Numbered from the stretch's first letter, positions 30,647 through 40,202 are shown. The stretch is 64,000 bases of DNA from Candidatus Nanoarchaeia archaeon (GCA_041489925.1 JBGPSD010000001.1:4930-68929); one strand, 5' to 3'. The notes: generated by a model from the sequence alone, not told the origin. Numbers and translations: made by a program.

Positions 30647-32890
30647 ATGGTACGCGCAGGACTCCAGAACATTCCGGTTCTTAATTCGTTGCCTGACATC
30701 CCCCAAATGTATGCCAGCAACCCGGGATTCAGCTTCTTTGTTGACCTCATACTCCTTTGCGGATTGTTCGCTGCGCTTCTCGCGCCTCTCGGCTCAATGA
30801 TTTTTGAAAGGGGCGAAGGCGGAGTGGGTGAAGGAAAGAAAGGCGCAGGCAGGAAGTTCGGCGCAATTCTCGGAATCATCCTCGGCGCATCTGCAGCGTT
30901 CGCACTGCGCGCAGCAGGAATAACCCTGTTCCAATACTGGCTGACAACAGTCGCATCTGCCGCCCTGCTTGGGGCAGTACTTTTCGTCATGCTGAAAAAG
31001 CTCCATGTTCCACCAATTGTCGCAGGGCTAATCTGCGCACTGCTGGCGTGGATGATTATGGACTCGTGGTTTGTGACATCAAACAGCGAGACAGTAAGGA
31101 ACCTGTTCGGCTTCCTCTCCCTTCTCGCGCCAATACTCATCTTTTTGTTCATAATCTGGATGTTTTTACCAAAGTTCAGAAGGGCGCCAGGACCAGAACC
31201 TGGACCCGGGCCTGAACCAGGACCAACCCCACCAGAACCTGGACCACCCGAGCCAGGACCAGAACCCGGACCGCCAGGACCTATTCCGCCAAACCCAGGA
31301 GAACGACTTGGACAGGATCTTAACAACATCAATGTGAATGTCAATACTGCAAGCAATGCCAGCAATCAGATTGATATCAGAAACGCAAACATCCTGCAGG
31401 CATTGAACCTTGCAATTGCAGACGCTGAGAATGCAATCAAGTCAGCAGAGCAGGGCGACTCCAAGAACACAGAAGCGCACATCACTGACCTTATTGTAAG
31501 GATTGAATCAATAATCAAGGCAATAAACGGCCAAAAGACATTTGTCACCAAGATAATGGGCCTGAAAGCAGCCATAGAAGCTATTCTCAAGAAGTATTAC
31601 AGCGAAATAAGGACCACAATGGTCCAGTACGGGCAGATGGTTGAAGCAATTGAGAGGGAAGTACAGACATTTGCAGGAAGGCCTGAGCAGGCAGAACTGC
31701 TTGTGAAGCTCGGGATACTGAAGCGCGACCTCCAAATCCTTGAGAATTCATTGAAGCAATTAAATGATATAATTTTGCGCCTTGAAAAGCACCTCCTTGT
31801 GCTTAAAGACGCACAGCTGCAGTCGCTTTACGATGATGCGATAAAGAGCATAAATGAAGTGGACATTAATGCCATGAAAAATTCAATCAGGGCGTTCATC
31901 AGAAAAGAGGGCGCTGCAAGAACGCCAGAGGAGGCAGAGGCGCTCCGCCGCGAAGTGATTCAACTGATTGAGTGGCTTGAAAACAAGCTGGGCCAGATAA
32001 CTGCCAAGTGCCAGGCATTCACTGCCGCATCCAAATTCAACACGGCGCAGGTCAAGGAAATCCAGGCAGAGATAAAGCACTGGAAAGAGATTTTCGAAGG
32101 GCTTGTCAAAAAGGCACTTGATGCTGTTGAAAGCGGCATTTTGGCATTGCAAGCTGCGATTAACGAGAGAAGAGCGGCAATCGCAGGAAGGGCCGCTGTG
32201 CCGCCTGTCCCACCGCCTGCAGCAAGGGCTCAAGCGCCTGCGCAAAGACCTGCCAGACGCGCGCCAGCCCCTGTCCAACCGCCTGCAGCAGCAGTTATTG
32301 TTCCTGAAATTGATGAGATAATGAGGAACATCGAAAAGCAAAGGCGCCTCCTCGCCAGCCTCGCAGCCCAGACACGCGAGGTTATCAACAGGATTATCTT
32401 TGCAGAATCAGTAAAGAGAAAGAGCGGCCAAAAGACAATAGACGCAAAATCAGAACAGGCATTTTTGGACGCGATACAAAAGGCTGTTGAAGAGGCAAGA
32501 TTTGATATTGATGCTGCGAGTGTTTCACAGAGAATAATCAATGAGATTCACACTGCAGCAGAGCATGTCCGCATAAGGATAATGATGCAAAACAGCCCTG
32601 CAGAATCAAGGACACTCAGGGAGCTGGAACAAAACCTCAAGACATTTGAGAAATACGAGCAAACAGCAGTCCTGCCTGTGCTTGTGAACCTGCAGGAAAC
32701 AATCAACAAGGAAGTTATTGAGACGCTCAGAAAGAAAAAGACAGTGATGGTGTCAGGCCAGATAATCACAGATGCAGTCAAAAACAAGCTTCTCAGGCTT
32801 GCAGACCAGCTTGATGCAGCCATCAATGCGCTTGCAGGAATAACTGTGCTAAGAAGGCCTATGCCGCCCGTGCGACCGGCGCAAATTTAA
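30647..32890 (+). CDS. large protein with five predicted N-terminal TM helices, PGPE-repeat linker and ~560-aa helical/coiled-coil region
   Basis: 747-aa ORF; 5 hydrophobic helices in the first 180 aa; PGPEPGPGPEPGPTPPEPGPPEPGPEPGPPGP; heptad-like helical sequence; internal Ala/Pro-rich linker. Confidence 0.8.
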   Translation: MVRAGLQNIPVLNSLPDIPQMYASNPGFSFFVDLILLCGLFAALLAPLGSMIFERGEGGVGEGKKGAGRKFGAILGIILGASAAFALRAAGITLFQYWLTTVASAALLGAVLFVMLKKLHVPPIVAGLICALLAWMIMDSWFVTSNSETVRNLFGFLSLLAPILIFLFIIWMFLPKFRRAPGPEPGPGPEPGPTPPEPGPPEPGPEPGPPGPIPPNPGERLGQDLNNINVNVNTASNASNQIDIRNANILQALNLAIADAENAIKSAEQGDSKNTEAHITDLIVRIESIIKAINGQKTFVTKIMGLKAAIEAILKKYYSEIRTTMVQYGQMVEAIEREVQTFAGRPEQAELLVKLGILKRDLQILENSLKQLNDIILRLEKHLLVLKDAQLQSLYDDAIKSINEVDINAMKNSIRAFIRKEGAARTPEEAEALRREVIQLIEWLENKLGQITAKCQAFTAASKFNTAQVKEIQAEIKHWKEIFEGLVKKALDAVESGILALQAAINERRAAIAGRAAVPPVPPPAARAQAPAQRPARRAPAPVQPPAAAVIVPEIDEIMRNIEKQRRLLASLAAQTREVINRIIFAESVKRKSGQKTIDAKSEQAFLDAIQKAVEEARFDIDAASVSQRIINEIHTAAEHVRIRIMMQNSPAESRTLRELEQNLKTFEKYEQTAVLPVLVNLQETINKEVIETLRKKKTVMVSGQIITDAVKNKLLRLADQLDAAINALAGITVLRRPMPPVRPAQI

Positions 32891-35800
32891 TCTCCCCTTT
32901 GCAATAATCCATCCAGTCTTTTCTCGAAGCACTCTTTGGCGCCAGCTTAAACTCGCTTAGTGCTTCCTCAAACTTATCCTCATCGTGTGTTTCGCTTGCA
33001 ATCAATGCAAGGCACATTCCAATATTGAAAGAGCAGTTCTGCTTTGCAGCATCAAATGGAACACCCTCGCGCGCCACCCTGTAGTTCCTGCACGCATACT
33101 GAAGCTTCCTGATTTTTGCATTGCCAGAAAGCCCTGTCGAAGCATACAGCGCTTTGTCTGCGTAGTCTGCTATTGAGCGTGCTGAGTTGTAATCATCGTG
33201 CAGCCTTGAAATCCTGTTCTCAAGCTCATCCTTGTCATTTTCAATGGCGCGGATTTGGTCCCACAATGAGGCAACATAGCCCAATGGCAGCCCTGACTGG
33301 AGCTCGCAAAGCAGGGCGTATTCCTTTGGATTGTTCTTCGCAAATGACGTCCTGCCAAGATACATCCTGCTTACCGCGACAAGTGTCCTGAGCTCGCGGT
33401 TCGCTCGCGTATTCACCAGTTCGCATGCATTACTGCCGATAACCTCCTTCAGGTTGTTGATGCGCGTTGCATAACCGCCGCCGTGCAGCATCGCATCATA
33501 AGCTTCAAGCAATGGCTCCTTGAAATTATCATAAGCCTTGTTTTTCTCAATTCTTGCCCGCATGCCTTTCAGCACTTTTTCAAAGCGCGCTCCTTTCGGG
33601 ATATTGACCCTTGGCGCCTTTACAGGATGGTCTGATGCCCAGTTGCGCACAATCGCGACAAGGTCGTCAGGCGCAGCTGCATTCCTGCGAATGCGCAATA
33701 TTTCATTTGCTTTCTTTTGCAATTCCTGCTCATTCTTCCCAATCTGGAGGCGATAACCCTTTTCCATTGCGTTGCGCTCAGCGTCCTTCCTTATGAGCGC
33801 AGCAGCGTGTGACTTGTCCTTTTCTGCAAGGGCTTTTGCGTGCGCTTCCTGCAACTTTTTGCTATTTGCAGCCAAAGCATTATCTGCTTTCTCCAGCTTC
33901 TGTTCAAGCTCAGTCACTTTTGCAGCAAGCTCAGTGTCTGGCTCTCCTTTTTCTTCCCTTGCGCGCTTAAGGTCTGCTTCATACTGCTTGCGCGCATCGC
34001 CCAGCTGTTTTTCAAAGTCTGTGCGCTGTTTACCAAGCTCTTTGCCATGGTCTTCGCGCATAGATTTCAACCGTTCTTCAAGATCAGTGCGATCCTCCAC
34101 AGCCTTGCCATACTTTTGTTCTGAGGTTTGGCGCCTCTGTTCGAGTGCAGCATATTCCCTTACTTTTGCAGCAAGCTGTTCATCATAGCCCTTTCGCACT
34201 TCTGTAAGCTGGAGTTCAGCTGCACTCTGGACTTGCCCAATCCTTGTTTGGGCTGTCGCATAATCGCCTTTCAGTTTGTTGTTTTCTTGTTCAAGAGCCG
34301 CACGCTGTGCTTCAATTTCTGCAATACGCTTCTCAATTTCACCTGCTCCTGGCTCATCGCCTGCCTTCAGCGCCTTAGTTTTGAATTCTACCAGTACTTT
34401 CATGGGGTCTGTTTCAACCAGTTTGTTCCCAAACCTTGTTTTCAGATAGGGAGCAACAGATTCAATGATTTTCGTAACTGCGCCAAACATTTTGTCTGCA
34501 CGCCGTATATCCTGCGTTTGGGTTTCCAACTGAGATTTGTAGCCGTCAATTTCCTTTTGTTTGGCAGCGATTTCGGTATCATACGTCTGTTTGTCAGTGT
34601 CGCGCGCCTGCCTTAGCTTGGATGCGTCTGGCTGGCCTTTTCGCAGTCCCTCAAGTTCTTTGTTTGCGGTTTCAAGGCGTTGTTCAAGCTGAGTGTATGC
34701 TGCTTCTTTTCTTTCAATATTGCGCTGCAGGTTCAATGCTTTTTCTTTTTCCTTGTCGCGCTCTTCGCGTGCGCTATCAACATCATCATTACGGGAATTC
34801 AATTGCGTGACTTGCTCGCTGGTGAGCCTCTCAATTTCTGCATCATGTTCCTTTTTGTCAGCTTCGCGCTCCTTTCTTTGCCCTTCCTGCATTTCCGCAG
34901 CAGACTGTTCATATGCAAGACGCTGCCGCTCAAACGCTTCGTACTGCTGCTTCAACTTATCATCAGATTCGGGTTTAAACTCGCCGCTTTGGACAAGCCC
35001 TGCAACCTGTTCCAGTATATCGCGGGGATTTTCAGCCTGAATTCTGCCGCCGCATATTGCCTTCAGGCGCTTGGCAAGAGGCTCAACTGCCTGCTCATAG
35101 AGCGATTGCATTGATTCAAACTCCTGATTTTTAGCACCAATTTGCTGCTCGAGCTCGCTGATCCTTGCCTTTGAAGAAAGCCCCTCCTGCGCCTTGGTCC
35201 TCAACTCATCAATAGTTGCGCCCAGACCAGTGAACCATTTCAAGTATCCAAGGACCCTCTCAACAGGCTTTTTTCCTTTGAATTCGGGATGTTTCTCAGT
35301 CACATACCCATCAAGATCCTTGACAAGAGTAAAAACATCAACGTGATCCATCAGGTAGGCATCTGCGTCATCTGCATCCTTCTTTGCAACTGCAACTCTT
35401 TCAGTGGCCCACCGCTTTACTTTTCCAATAATCCTCATTGACCTGCTTACAATCGCTTCATTCTCAGATTCAAGCTGCTCCTCTATTTTTTCAGCGGCAG
35501 CCAGTTGCACTTCAAGTTCCTGAATCTTTGCTTCAAGTGCCAAAGGCCTTGTTCCCTGCGCGTCTTTAGGCGGTTCTTCAGCAGGCGAGGAATGGGATGA
35601 GTCTGATGTACTGCCCGGAATTGGGGGAGGAGCGTCTGCATCTGGCGGATGGATGGGAATGCGCGCACCGCTGAAAATCTGTGTCTGTTCTGTAGCAGGG
35701 TTCTCATGAAGCTTGAAGTCATGTTTTGTTTCCTTCCGGAACTCATCTGTCTCAGGATGCCAGACAAACTGCAAGTGCGAACCTGCCCTGCCGTCAAAAA

Positions 35801-36668
35801 CATAAACGCCTACCGGCGAGTGCGGAAACTTGTGGGCAACTTCGTCAAAAATCTTGCTTGGTCTGTACTCTGAATCGCGCGTCTCAATTTCACTCTGCCC
35901 AACTGGATTTTTCTGCCCAGCGATAATCATGTAATATACGCCGTCGATAAGTTTTTCCTTTGGAAGAATTCTTGAATTGCATATAATCACGCCTGACTCC
36001 TTTCTGTCCGAAGAGAACGTGCTTTGCAGTTGTTCATCTTCATCGATTGATTTTCCGCTGCGGTAAGCGAGCAGCGGCGCGTCTGCTGCCGCTGTGATTT
36101 CATCAAGCCCTGATGCTGATAAAACAACCCCCTTCAGCTCAATTCTTTGCCAGTCGAGATAGCTGTCTGATGGAAGCGCCTCTATGTGGAAGATATTGGT
36201 TCCCATTACCTTGACTTTTATTTCCTCGCTCCTTGCAGGCATCATTGCCTTTCCAAGGTCGCGGTAGAATTCCCTGAACCTCGGGACAAGAATCCCTTCC
36301 ACAGGGATGCCTCCTGCCTCAACAGCGCCGACATACTTCCTGAAAGGCACGCTGGCAGGATTGCCGCCAGGGTCAACTGCGCGAAGGCTGCCAAGGTCTG
36401 CAGGGTTCATTATTCCTTTCTTGCTCCATTCATTTGCGTGGACATTAAACTCGTCACAAAGCAATGCCCATGCGCCTTCATCAAATTCCTTGAGCTCTGC
36501 AGGGCTCATTTGCGAGCCAGGCGTGTTTCCTATAAGCGCGATTAAGTCCAGTTTTTTGTCTGTTTCCTTGCTGACTGCCTGCGGAAGCTTTGAGAAAAGA
36601 TTCCTGAGAAAATCAATGTCTCCATTCGCATCATTCACTACCGCAAACACTGCAGGCGCTGTCATCAC
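32859..36668 (-). CDS. giant coiled-coil protein with degenerate metallophosphoesterase-like N-domain and helical C-domain
   Basis: 1269-aa uninterrupted ORF; ~650 aa of charged E/K/Q/A/L-rich heptad-like sequence; no signal peptide or TM seen. Confidence 0.85.
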   Translation of the reverse strand: MMTAPAVFAVVNDANGDIDFLRNLFSKLPQAVSKETDKKLDLIALIGNTPGSQMSPAELKEFDEGAWALLCDEFNVHANEWSKKGIMNPADLGSLRAVDPGGNPASVPFRKYVGAVEAGGIPVEGILVPRFREFYRDLGKAMMPARSEEIKVKVMGTNIFHIEALPSDSYLDWQRIELKGVVLSASGLDEITAAADAPLLAYRSGKSIDEDEQLQSTFSSDRKESGVIICNSRILPKEKLIDGVYYMIIAGQKNPVGQSEIETRDSEYRPSKIFDEVAHKFPHSPVGVYVFDGRAGSHLQFVWHPETDEFRKETKHDFKLHENPATEQTQIFSGARIPIHPPDADAPPPIPGSTSDSSHSSPAEEPPKDAQGTRPLALEAKIQELEVQLAAAEKIEEQLESENEAIVSRSMRIIGKVKRWATERVAVAKKDADDADAYLMDHVDVFTLVKDLDGYVTEKHPEFKGKKPVERVLGYLKWFTGLGATIDELRTKAQEGLSSKARISELEQQIGAKNQEFESMQSLYEQAVEPLAKRLKAICGGRIQAENPRDILEQVAGLVQSGEFKPESDDKLKQQYEAFERQRLAYEQSAAEMQEGQRKEREADKKEHDAEIERLTSEQVTQLNSRNDDVDSAREERDKEKEKALNLQRNIERKEAAYTQLEQRLETANKELEGLRKGQPDASKLRQARDTDKQTYDTEIAAKQKEIDGYKSQLETQTQDIRRADKMFGAVTKIIESVAPYLKTRFGNKLVETDPMKVLVEFKTKALKAGDEPGAGEIEKRIAEIEAQRAALEQENNKLKGDYATAQTRIGQVQSAAELQLTEVRKGYDEQLAAKVREYAALEQRRQTSEQKYGKAVEDRTDLEERLKSMREDHGKELGKQRTDFEKQLGDARKQYEADLKRAREEKGEPDTELAAKVTELEQKLEKADNALAANSKKLQEAHAKALAEKDKSHAAALIRKDAERNAMEKGYRLQIGKNEQELQKKANEILRIRRNAAAPDDLVAIVRNWASDHPVKAPRVNIPKGARFEKVLKGMRARIEKNKAYDNFKEPLLEAYDAMLHGGGYATRINNLKEVIGSNACELVNTRANRELRTLVAVSRMYLGRTSFAKNNPKEYALLCELQSGLPLGYVASLWDQIRAIENDKDELENRISRLHDDYNSARSIADYADKALYASTGLSGNAKIRKLQYACRNYRVAREGVPFDAAKQNCSFNIGMCLALIASETHDEDKFEEALSEFKLAPKSASRKDWMDYCKGEIKFAPVARAA

Positions 36669-36756
36669 TGGCAGGTTATAGGTCTGGTAGTTTTAAAGCT
36701 GGTGAAATCAGGCTTAAAAAGAAAGGTATTTAAACCTGAAAAGGAAGCAACAGATT

Positions 36757-37500
36757 ATGCAGAAAAAAGAGGCTCACGGTCCGCACCCTTTGCACGCTGA
36801 GCTCGTGCTCACAAAGAAGCCAAAGGGAGCGACTGTAATTGAAGGGTTCCCTGGGCTTGGCCTTGTTGGAACAATAGCAACAGGTTTTCTGCTTGACCAT
36901 CTGAAGTGCGAGAAAATCGGCAGCTACTACTTTGAAGACCCGCCTGCCACGCTCGCTGTGCACGGCGACAAGATAGTTGACCCGATTGGCATTTACTACA
37001 ACAAGGAATACAACCTCGTGATTGTCCACGCGATAACATCTGCGCAGGGATTGGAATTCCACGCAGCAGACTTGATACTCACCCTGTGCAAGCAGATTGA
37101 TGCAGCAGAGGTTATCACGCTTGAAGGGGTTGGCAGCTCTGAAACTGAGGAAACCCGCGGGTTCTTCTACACAGACCATCCCCAGCTCAAGAGCACAATG
37201 GAAAAAATGGGAGTTGACTGCCTTGGCGAAGGAATCATAATGGGCGTGACAGCTGCAATACTGCTGCGCAACCAGCTTCCAATACTCTCATTATTCGCTG
37301 AAACACACTCAAAACTGCCTGACAGCAAGGCAGCTGCGAAAATCATTGAAATTCTCGACAAAATACTGGGATTAAAGGTGAATTACGCGCCTTTATTGAA
37401 GCAGGCAGAGGAGTTTGAAAAGAAGCTCAAAGGCATGCTCAGCCAGACCATGAAAGCCCAGGAACTAAAGGAACAAAAGCAGGTTGGATACATAGGATAG
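36757..37500 (+). CDS. PAC2-family proteasome assembly chaperone (PbaB-like)
   Basis: VIEGFPGLGLVGTIATGFLLDHL signature; ~245 aa. Confidence 0.75.
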   Translation: MQKKEAHGPHPLHAELVLTKKPKGATVIEGFPGLGLVGTIATGFLLDHLKCEKIGSYYFEDPPATLAVHGDKIVDPIGIYYNKEYNLVIVHAITSAQGLEFHAADLILTLCKQIDAAEVITLEGVGSSETEETRGFFYTDHPQLKSTMEKMGVDCLGEGIIMGVTAAILLRNQLPILSLFAETHSKLPDSKAAAKIIEILDKILGLKVNYAPLLKQAEEFEKKLKGMLSQTMKAQELKEQKQVGYIG

Positions 37501-38399
37501 GCATTCTCTCACTTTCGTTCTCTAACCCTGTCACTTCTTGATGTTTTAATGCCCAATTTTTCTAGTGCCTAAGTGCTTTTTGGCTCTTGAGTCGGGGTCT
37601 TGGCTGATTCTGGCCTGGTGCTCTTGGGATGTTGCTGGAAGTTAGGCACTTTGCGTTTGCTCATGCTTTCTTTCTAACCCTCACTTTTGTTTAGGGGTGG
37701 TTTTTATTTTCCTTATTTAGAAAAATATAGACGAAAATATACTTTTGCTAATATTCTTTGTAAGACAACTTTTGTTAAAGATGTTTTGTAAAAGAATATT
37801 CTGTGAAACAATTTTCCTGATTTCTATTTTATGCCACAACTGTCACTTTAGATAAGTAATTGTTCTGCTCTCCGTCGGTAAAATAGCGAAAAAGAGCAAC
37901 CGATTTAAAATGAATTTTTTGCAAAAACCATTTTTGACCAAATCAAGGGTTTTGAAAGGTTTTTGAGGCACTCAAACTTGTCAGGGAAAATGCCAGAATT
38001 ACTCATAGTCGGGCCTCGAAGTGCATCTTTTGGTGTAGAACCCCGGGTATGCAGCAGGTCGACCTTGACCTTATTCGTCGGGAAAATCAAGAAAAGTCCG
38101 CGTTTTTGCCGACTCCGACTGGGTTTTTGCTGAAACCACAATTTTGTGCACATCTGGAATGGGGATGGTAGGTGGTTTTAGTCGGGATTTTTAGCTAATC
38201 TGGGGTTTGATGGCTCAAAAATGCATTGAAGTACCGTATTCTGAGCCATTTTGAGAAAAAAGTCTGCTCTAAAGCGGTTTAAACGCGAAAACGGCTAAAT
38301 TCTGGCGTTTTGGCGACAGTTTCAATCATCTTTTGTCGGGTTTTCACTGGACACTGGTCGGGATTACGCAAGGCTTTTTAACGAGAAGGTCTAAACGCT
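37501..38399. other. 0.9 kb apparently non-coding region with AT-rich core and oriented GTCGGG motifs
   Basis: No credible ORF on either strand; GTCGGG at 37591, 38008, 38077, 38181, 38335 and 38357, all on the + strand. Confidence 0.6.
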
Positions 38400-38405
38400 T
38401 TGAAA

Positions 38406-38924
38406 ATGAAGATTCAACTCGAACATTCAGAGGCGCCTGAACAGGCAGTTCCCGAGGATATCGCAAAGACCATTCTGGCCCGCTTTGGGCTTTTGCCGAG
38501 GAAAAAAGACGGCAGTGCCCAGATGCACAAGCTCCTTCTCGAGCTATCAGAGCGCAAGAAGGCTGCCAATAGGGAGAAAAAGCCTGAGCTGGCAGTGATG
38601 CCCGTTGAGGATATGGGCTCTTTCGCAGGCATAAAGCGCCAGACAATGTACGAGTATTTGCACCGCTGGCTTGACCTGAATATCCTCAAGAAAACCAGCT
38701 TTGTGAACAATGGAAAAGTTGTCATCGGTTATGAGCTGAACGGCACAAACCTGGAAGGGGCGTTCAGAAAGGCAGAATCGACGATAAAAACCCATTTGGA
38801 TGGCTCTTTCAAGCTTATCGAACAGCTCCAAAGCGAGATAAAGAAGGAAAAGCTCAGGGCTGGGGCTTCTGAACAGCCTGAGGAGCCTGCATCCAGTGTG
38901 ACAACAGAGAATTTAGGCCAATAA
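38406..38924 (+). CDS. wHTH DNA-binding protein, hypothetical
   Basis: VEDMGSFAGIKRQTMYEYLHRWLDLNILKK helix-turn-helix-like; coiled-coil C-terminus. Confidence 0.5.
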   Translation: MKIQLEHSEAPEQAVPEDIAKTILARFGLLPRKKDGSAQMHKLLLELSERKKAANREKKPELAVMPVEDMGSFAGIKRQTMYEYLHRWLDLNILKKTSFVNNGKVVIGYELNGTNLEGAFRKAESTIKTHLDGSFKLIEQLQSEIKKEKLRAGASEQPEEPASSVTTENLGQ

Positions 38925-39423
38925 CAACTTCTTTTGCCTGTTTCTGCCTGAATTTGGGCTCCAATTGCACAAATGCCTGCCCTTCGTCATACTTTTTCAG
39001 GATTGGGACCCCTTTCTCGACGAGGTTTGTGATAACGCCTGAAATAAGCGTGTCAGAGATATTGAGCTTCCTGGCAAGCTGTTTGTAGCTGACAAAAGGG
39101 ATGCCCTCTCCGACGATATAAAGCGCCTGGAAGACCTCCTGTTCGCGCTTTGTTAAAGGCTGGATTTCGATTTTTTGCTCTGCTTTTTTGCCCTCGACAA
39201 GAAGGAAAAGCTCCTCTATGCGGGCGTGAAGCTTGTCGAGCTTTTCCTCGACAGAATGGATGTATTCGTGGTTTGCCTGGAGCTCGTTTGTGTTCTCGTT
39301 AATCGCTGCCCTGTGGTCGTCGAGCTCCTCCCTGAATGCGTCGAAAATTGAGTTCATGGCAAGCTCTGCGCCTGCCTCGTCCCTGTGTACTAACACTGCT
39401 TGTTTTGACTTCAAACTTTCCAC
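38854..39423 (-). CDS. coiled-coil plus C-terminal HTH protein
   Basis: LTKREQEVFQALY...SYKQLARKLNISDTLISGVITNLVEKGV; GTG start at 39423 or ATG at 39357. Confidence 0.55.
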   Translation of the reverse strand: MESLKSKQAVLVHRDEAGAELAMNSIFDAFREELDDHRAAINENTNELQANHEYIHSVEEKLDKLHARIEELFLLVEGKKAEQKIEIQPLTKREQEVFQALYIVGEGIPFVSYKQLARKLNISDTLISGVITNLVEKGVPILKKYDEGQAFVQLEPKFRQKQAKEVVIGLNSLLSHWMQAPQAVQKPQP

Positions 39424-39491
39424 CCCAACTATCCTCGATAACTGTGCTGCTTGTGATTGGCTCCTTTAAAAGGATTTTTGTGCTGGAAACC

Positions 39492-40202
39492 CTATCTTCC
39501 AACAGCCTTTTTCAGGTGGCCTCCGACCATAAGCAGTTTTTCCTTTCCTTCGTGAATAACTCCTATTGCAGACTCATCCTCAAGCTCCTCTAGGAGCCTG
39601 TAGAAGCTGCTCTTGCTGGCAAGGCCCTGCTCCTCGACGAGCATCTCCCTGAGCTGCAGCGCCGATATCTTGCCGTATTTCGTGATCATGCTCATGATAA
39701 GCCCCTTCAGGTATTCCTTCGAGTTCCTGGTTATCCGCTGGACAATCTTGTCCCTCAAAGCCTGTGTTCTCGACGGTGGAGGGGCAATGTGAGGTAATGC
39801 CTCGACTTCGTGCCTTATCTGCTGAACGGCTGGAGCTGCCTTCTGGTGCTCCAAATGGCGCAATTTGTCCTCTATTTGTCTCATACGCTCTACCATGGTG
39901 TCGAAATCGTAATACGCGTCAATAATGCGCTTTATTGTCTCAGAATCCTTTGGAACATCCCTTAATTCCGTTTGCATCCTCTCGATAAGCTGCTTCTGCC
40001 TGACGATTTCCTGCTCGTAGTCGTCGAGGTCGTGCTGCTGCTCCTCTATGAGCTGGTTTTGGCGGGCTGTCTGCTGCTGGAAATAAGCAAGCCATTGGTA
40101 TATCGCGTTCGTGTCCTGCTTGACATGCGCAAAGCTGTCCTTTAAAGCGCGGTCAAGCTGCGCGACCTTGTCGTCAACCTCTTTTCCGAAAAGCCACCCC
40201 AT
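39492..40202 (-). CDS. coiled-coil plus C-terminal wHTH protein
   Basis: ATG 40202 lies 23 nt downstream of tttttata (leaderless); C-terminal ISALQLREMLVEEQGLASKSSFYRLLEELEDESAI. Confidence 0.6.
   Translation of the reverse strand: MGWLFGKEVDDKVAQLDRALKDSFAHVKQDTNAIYQWLAYFQQQTARQNQLIEEQQHDLDDYEQEIVRQKQLIERMQTELRDVPKDSETIKRIIDAYYDFDTMVERMRQIEDKLRHLEHQKAAPAVQQIRHEVEALPHIAPPPSRTQALRDKIVQRITRNSKEYLKGLIMSMITKYGKISALQLREMLVEEQGLASKSSFYRLLEELEDESAIGVIHEGKEKLLMVGGHLKKAVGR

Noticed and set aside
30628-31365. 245-aa minus-strand ORF with GPGSGPG repeats
   Set aside because: It is antisense to the TM/PGPE-linker part of the 747-aa gene, and its low-complexity content mirrors the sense-strand repeat. 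The sense ORF is three times longer with coherent TM helices.
33772-35114. Several 115-162-aa plus-strand ORFs (33772-34188, 34128-34616, 34680-35114, 34693-35040)
   Set aside because: All are antisense to the uninterrupted 1269-aa ORF. They are Ser/Cys/Phe/Leu-rich, as expected from the complement of an E/K/A/L-rich coiled-coil sequence.
38085-38105. gaaaagtccgcg as the conserved GGAAAGUCC (P4) of RNase P RNA in the non-coding block
   Set aside because: I found only this short partial match. The complementary P4 strand and other conserved regions were not visible nearby. It needs cmscan before any claim.
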